A program made the position numbers and the translations under genes. Shown here one piece after another: positions 59,028 to 64,000 of a stretch of DNA of 64,000 nt. Below the pieces are notes generated by a model. The model searched no databases. It had not been told where the DNA came from and was given only the letters and a program-made list of their open reading frames with translations. Source of the stretch: an uncultured Chloroflexia bacterium (GTDB lineage: Bacteria > Chloroflexota > Limnocylindria > Limnocylindrales > CSP1-4). Each line of letters begins with the position of its first letter. The first letter of the stretch is position 1. The DNA lies in NCBI GenBank assembly GCA_963833225.1, contig CAWHXD010000008.1:96001-160000 (forward strand). Reading direction: 5' to 3'.

Positions 59028-60261
59028 TCAGACCACCGGGATCCGTGCCGCCGGCCGCAGCCGAGCCGGCGCGAGGCTCCAGGCGAACGGGACCATCAAT
59101 GCCGCGATCCCCGCCAGCAGCCACAGGCTCGCCTCGAAGTTGCCGGTCGCATCCCGGACGGCACCCAGCACGAATGGCGCCGCGGACGCGATGAGATAGC
59201 CCACAAGGAGCATCGAGCGTGGCCGCCGCGCCCACCTCGCGCTGGCTGTCGCTGATGTCCACCGGGAGCGTGAGCACCAGGGTGAACGTCATCCCCAGTC
59301 CCAGGCCGATCAGTGCCGCCCAGAGGATCGCCGGCTCCGCCGGGACGGTCACCCCCACCAGACCAAGCGCCCCGATCCCGGCCGATGCCGCGAGCAGCGT
59401 CCGGCGGGATGCCCCACGGGCGGACAGCGCCGGCACGAGGACGATCGCGCCGAGGCTGGCCACGTTCATCAGGGTGAGCAGGCCCGCCGCCGCAGCGGGG
59501 TCCCACCCACGCTCCACGTAGACGTTCGCAATCCAGGCCGTGGTGCCGTAGTACAGCCACGACTGGAGTCCGAACAGGAGGCCGATCGCCCAGGCGACCG
59601 GTCGGCGCCATGGGAGTCGCGGGAGCTCCAGTCGACGGGTCGCTGCTGCCGTGGGGCCTGGATCGGCATCACGACTGGGCGCACCCGGCATCCGGCGAGC
59701 CAGTGAGAGCCAGGCCACGAGCGTCACCGCCGATGCGACGGTGAGCACGATGAGGGCCTCGCGCCAGCCTCCGGTGACGCGCGCGAGCGGCACCACGACG
59801 CCGCTGCCGACGGATGCGCCGATGATCGTCCCGGCGGCGTAGGCAGCCGTGCCCGCCACGATGCGACCCGGGAGCCGCCCTCGAACAAACATCGGCAGGA
59901 TCGGACCCACGGTCCCTGTCCCGACCCCCATCGCGAAGGTCAGGAACAGCAGCGGGACCGCGCCTGGCACCACCGCCCGCAGGAGCGCGAAGAGCAGCAG
60001 CGTCCCCACGCTGAGGGTGATCCCCGCGCGCACACCGAAGAGGTTCGCCAGCGCCGGCCCGATGAACGCGAACACGCCCATGCACAGCACGGGGATCGTC
60101 GTGAGCAGACCGACGAAGGCGTGAGTGGTACCCAGGTCGGCGATGATCCGGTCCGCCAGCGGGCCGATCGCGGAGAGCTGCGGCCGCAGCGCCAGCGCGA
60201 CGAGCAACAGGGCGGCCAGCGACGCGCGCGGCACCAGGGCGGGTCGAGCGGTGGGGTTCAT
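59028..60261 (-). pseudogene. CynX-like MFS transporter with a frameshift near 59215 (possibly sequencing indel)
   Basis: ALRPQLSAIGP, GLLTTIPVLCMG, FGLQSWLYY; the C-terminus GYLIASAAPFVLGAVRDATG is in another frame. Confidence 0.82.
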
Positions 60262-60334
60262 GGGCGCGCCAAGCATGCCAGATGGGCCACCGCCGCCATT
60301 GACGACGCGCACCGGGCGCGGCAGCATGCGGGCC

Positions 60335-60559
60335 ATGGACAGCCACCCGGAACCCGACGATGACGCGCTGCTCGACCCGCGCGAGGCGGCCCGTGCCCGC
60401 CGCCGGGACAGGGACGCGGACGCCCCGCATCGGGATCTGATGCGCCCGGGCATGGGCAAGGTGTTCAAACAGATCACGGACTCGTGGGGCGAGAAGTCCT
60501 CCCCCGATCAGACTCGTGCGCGGCAGGGGGCTGGAAGAGGCTCCGATAGGCGACGCTAG
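60335..60559 (+). CDS. Small hypothetical protein
   Basis: MDSHPEPDDDALLDPREAAR..DLMRPGMGKVFKQITDSWG. Confidence 0.55.
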   Translation: MDSHPEPDDDALLDPREAARARRRDRDADAPHRDLMRPGMGKVFKQITDSWGEKSSPDQTRARQGAGRGSDRRR

Positions 60560-60801
60560 TCCCGTCGTGAGTGCAGACGTCCGTGCGCGGACGCGGGGGC
60601 TCTCAAGCCGAGGTGGTCGATCCCCTCACGCAACGGAACCTGCGCGTGGTGGCCCCTGCCGCGCATCGACTGAGGGGCGTCCCCCGTCCCAGCCCCGCCG
60701 GCCAATTCGACTGGCGCGTGACAAATTCGCGTACACGCGCGAAGATGTCGCGACTGCCGGGGCTGATTCCTGCCGCCGGCCGATTCGCGCATGAGCATCT
60801 G

Positions 60802-62961
60802 ATGACCGATCTGTCCGACTCCGCAGCCGACGGGGCTGCCAACGCCTCCACGTCCGACGGTGAGACGCCCGCCGGCGACCCCGAGCTGGCGGCGCTCGTC
60901 CGGCACGGCGCACCGCCGGGTCACGTCGACGCCTCGCTGGCTGCCCTGGTGAATCCCACCGCGGGCGACTCCACGCCCGAGGCCGGGGAGGATGCCACCG
61001 AGCCCGTGTCCGATGTCACCTTGGCCGCCGCGGAGTCGACCTCGCCCGGTCCCGGCGAGCCGGCCCCCGAGCCCGGCGTCAATTCCGTGCCGGTCCTGCC
61101 CGTCGCGGCCGCCGTCACCGTCGCGGCCGCCGTGACCGACGGCGAGCCCCCGGCACGGCCCCGGCGTCGGCGGTCGCTCGCTCTCCGCTTTGGCATCTCG
61201 TTCGTCCTGGGCGCCATGCTTGCCGTCGGCATCGGCACTGGTGGCCTGTACGCGTGGGGCCGGCAGTACGACGGCCGGGTCCTGCCCGGCGTCCGCGTCG
61301 GCGGCACGGAGCTCGGTGGACTCACCCGCGAGCAGGCGGCGGCGGAAATCGGAAACGCCTATGCGTCGCTCACGAGCGGGCAGATCACGCTCACGGGCCC
61401 GGACGGCCGGACGACGACCATCAGCTACGCGGACATCGGCCGCGGCCCCGACACGTCGGCGCTGCTCGACGCGGCACTCGCGGCAGGGCGCCAAGGTGAG
61501 CCCCTCGCGAACCTCATCGGCGCACCCCAGATCGCGATCCACGGCCTGACCCTCGACACCGCCGTCGCCTATGATCGCGACAAGCTGGCGGCCGCCGTCG
61601 GGACCCTCGCCACGACGATCGACCAGACCCCTGCGGACGCCTCCGTGTCGGCCGACCTGGGCGGGACATTCAGCTTCTCCCCGGCGAAGGACGGTCGCAC
61701 CGTGGACACGGCGGCCCTGCTCACCGCGCTCGACCAGCAGCTCGCGGCGCCCGGCACGCCGGAGTCGATCACGATGGCCGTGCCGGTCGTGTCGTTGGCA
61801 CCCGCCGTCGCCACCGCCACGGCCGAGGCGGCGAAGGCGGCCGCGGATCGAATGGCCGCCGACGTGGTCGTCGCCCGTGGCGAGGACAGTTGGACGATCG
61901 CCGGCGCGAGCCTTGCGCCGCTGATCTCGTTCTCGACCGCTGCCGACGGGAGCATCACCCCGGTCTTTGACGAGTCGGGCCTCGACCCGATCCTCGAGAC
62001 GCTGGCCAAGCAGGTCAACCAGAAGGTGAAGGACGCCGGCCTCAAGCTGGTCAGCGGTCACGTCGTCGCCACCGGCGCCAGCCGCGAGGGGCGCACGCTC
62101 AAGGTTCCCGAGACGAAGGCCGCAATCGTCGGCCAGATCCAGGCCCGCCAGGCCGGCATCACAGCCCAGCCCGTCACGGCGGTCGTCAAGGCCGTCGATC
62201 CCAAGCTGACATCGGCCGACGCCGAGGCCTTCGCCCCCAAGATGAAGGACATCGGCAAGTACAGCGTCTACTACTGGGTCCTCATCAACAACCACTGGGG
62301 CGGCAATATCGAGGCGCCGGCCAAGAAGATCAACGGCACCGTCGTGCCGGCAGGCGCCAAGTTCGATTTCTGGAAGGTCGTCGGCGACCTGCACGATCTG
62401 CCGCGTACGGGCCCGGGCAACGCGATCGAGGACGGGAAGATCACCGTCACCGGCGCGTTCGGTGGCGGTATCTGCACGACGTCCACGACGCTGTTCAACG
62501 CGGCGCTCGATGCCGGCATGGTGCCGCTCGCCCGCCAGAACCACAACGAGTTCATCAACCGGTATCCGCCGGGCCTCGACGCCACCGTGTGGATCGTCGG
62601 CAATACCAAGCAGACCATGAGCTTCAGGAACGACACCAAGTACCCGATCCTGATCACGAGCTACGTCACCAATGCCGGCAGCAAGCGATGGCTCACGTTC
62701 AAGATCTGGAGCGTGCCCAACGGTCGGCAGACCAAGATCACCAACACGGTCATTCGGCCGGGCGAGCGCGCGATCGACACGGTCGTGAAGGATCCGACCA
62801 AACCCGTGGGGTACACGTACCGCAACAACTCCCCGGTGGACGGCGCCAAGGTGTGGGTCACCGTGTCGATCTACGACCACGGCAAGCTCCACTGGACGAA
62901 GCGGTACTACTCGTTCTACCCGGCGGTCGACGGCGTCGTCGTGGTGGGGACCAAGTCCTGA
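60802..62961 (+). CDS. VanW family protein (second paralogue)
   Basis: TM anchor, VLPGVRVG, GGGICTTSTTLFNA, RQNH, RYPPGLDATV. Confidence 0.9.
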   Translation: MTDLSDSAADGAANASTSDGETPAGDPELAALVRHGAPPGHVDASLAALVNPTAGDSTPEAGEDATEPVSDVTLAAAESTSPGPGEPAPEPGVNSVPVLPVAAAVTVAAAVTDGEPPARPRRRRSLALRFGISFVLGAMLAVGIGTGGLYAWGRQYDGRVLPGVRVGGTELGGLTREQAAAEIGNAYASLTSGQITLTGPDGRTTTISYADIGRGPDTSALLDAALAAGRQGEPLANLIGAPQIAIHGLTLDTAVAYDRDKLAAAVGTLATTIDQTPADASVSADLGGTFSFSPAKDGRTVDTAALLTALDQQLAAPGTPESITMAVPVVSLAPAVATATAEAAKAAADRMAADVVVARGEDSWTIAGASLAPLISFSTAADGSITPVFDESGLDPILETLAKQVNQKVKDAGLKLVSGHVVATGASREGRTLKVPETKAAIVGQIQARQAGITAQPVTAVVKAVDPKLTSADAEAFAPKMKDIGKYSVYYWVLINNHWGGNIEAPAKKINGTVVPAGAKFDFWKVVGDLHDLPRTGPGNAIEDGKITVTGAFGGGICTTSTTLFNAALDAGMVPLARQNHNEFINRYPPGLDATVWIVGNTKQTMSFRNDTKYPILITSYVTNAGSKRWLTFKIWSVPNGRQTKITNTVIRPGERAIDTVVKDPTKPVGYTYRNNSPVDGAKVWVTVSIYDHGKLHWTKRYYSFYPAVDGVVVVGTKS

Positions 62962-63145
62962 CGCCGGGCTAGTCTCGCCGTCGCACGACGTTCGTGCGCC
63001 CCCAGCATGGGTCCGAGGCCACGACGGACACGGCCCTCCAGCCGGTGACCTCCCGGTGACCTGATGGAGCGCCCGGCTCCCGATGCATCGCGTCTCTCGG
63101 CGCTTCGCGTCGCGCGGCGGCGCGAGTGGAGCGAGGTCTGCTAGC

Positions 63146-64000
63146 GTGCTTCGCGATGCCCATCCAGGATCCGCCGCCGTCCTACCGCGCGCTGCTCGAG
63201 ATCCCCGCCATGGGCCGGATCCTGCTGGGCATGGCCCTCAGCCGGATCGGCGGCAGCATGCTGGGGGTCGCGATCGTGCTGTTCGCGCTCGAGCGGTTCG
63301 GCTCCCCAACCCTGGCCGGGATCGTGACGTTCACCAGCGTGGCTCCCGGGCTGCTGCTCAGCCCCATCGTGGGGGCGCTGCTCGATCGACACGGCCGCAC
63401 GAGACTGATCATCCTGGACCAGGCCGTCGGCGCGTCGGCGCTGATCCTCGTCGCGGCGCTCACTGTCACGGGCGCGCTCAACCCGCTCCTGCTGGTCCTG
63501 GTCACGACGGTGGCAGGGCTCACGGCGCCGCTCTCCAGCGTCGGGCTGCGGACCCTGTTCCCGATCATCGTGCCCAGGCGGCTGTGGGAGCGGGCGAATG
63601 CCGTCGATTCCAACGGCTACGTCGTCGCCACGCTGATCGGCCCCCCGGCAGCGGGTCTCCTGGTCCAGGTCGCCGGTGGAGCGACGACGCTGCTGGTGAT
63701 CGCCGCGCTGTTCGGGCTGGCGGCGGTGGTGTTCGTCAACGTCCCGGACCCGCAGACGGATCACGTCTCGACCGGACGGCTGGTCCAGGACGCCTGGCTC
63801 GGGCTGGTGTACACGCTCCGCAATCCGACCCTGCGCGCCCTCGGAGCGTCGATCGCGGTCCTCAACCTCGGCTGGGGCATCGTGACGATCGTGCTGCCCG
63901 TCCTGATCCTCCAGCAGTTCAAGCTGGGCGAGGCGGTCGTGGGCGGGGTGTTCGCCGTGTCCGGGCTGGCAGGCGGGATCGGCGCCCTGGCCGCCGGCCG
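63146..64000 (+). CDS. MFS transporter (partial, runs off the right edge)
   Basis: Manually translated: SYRALLEIPAMGRILL, GALLDRHGR, WERANAVDS. Confidence 0.85.
   Translation, partial: MLRDAHPGSAAVLPRAARDPRHGPDPAGHGPQPDRRQHAGGRDRAVRARAVRLPNPGRDRDVHQRGSRAAAQPHRGGAARSTRPHETDHPGPGRRRVGADPRRGAHCHGRAQPAPAGPGHDGGRAHGAALQRRAADPVPDHRAQAAVGAGECRRFQRLRRRHADRPPGSGSPGPGRRWSDDAAGDRRAVRAGGGGVRQRPGPADGSRLDRTAGPGRLARAGVHAPQSDPARPRSVDRGPQPRLGHRDDRAARPDPPAVQAGRGGRGRGVRRVRAGRRDRRPGRRP

Overview
GC-rich bacterial chromosomal window with about 58 genes. I saw no rRNA, tRNA, CRISPR array or transposase. Gene content (VanW, LCP, SLH and FlgD-Ig envelope proteins, a GAAC-N4-GTTC SOS box, leaderless-type promoters) suggests Chloroflexota or Actinomycetota; this is inference. 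Main candidate new system (38.6-50.2 kb): a modified-nucleoside uptake and processing locus. It contains an ECF transporter with a structured leader, two diverged uridine-phosphorylase paralogues, a cytochrome P450, a queuosine-salvage (DUF2419/QNG1-like) hydrolase, an MFS transporter, a ribokinase and two tandem cytoplasmic FGE/SUMF1-fold genes. Second candidate: a ~250-nt structured intergenic RNA with its own sigma70-type promoter (57.8-58.05 kb). Other points of interest are a LexA-box-controlled small His/Cys protein, a tetracycline ribosomal-protection GTPase with an attenuator-like leader, two TA pairs (one PIN toxin carries an extra repeated domain), a Fic gene, an orphan PAAR-like DUF4280 gene and several secreted Cys-peptidase-like proteins. 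Four genes are frameshifted, probably from sequencing indels. All family calls come from motif recognition by eye, not from database searches.
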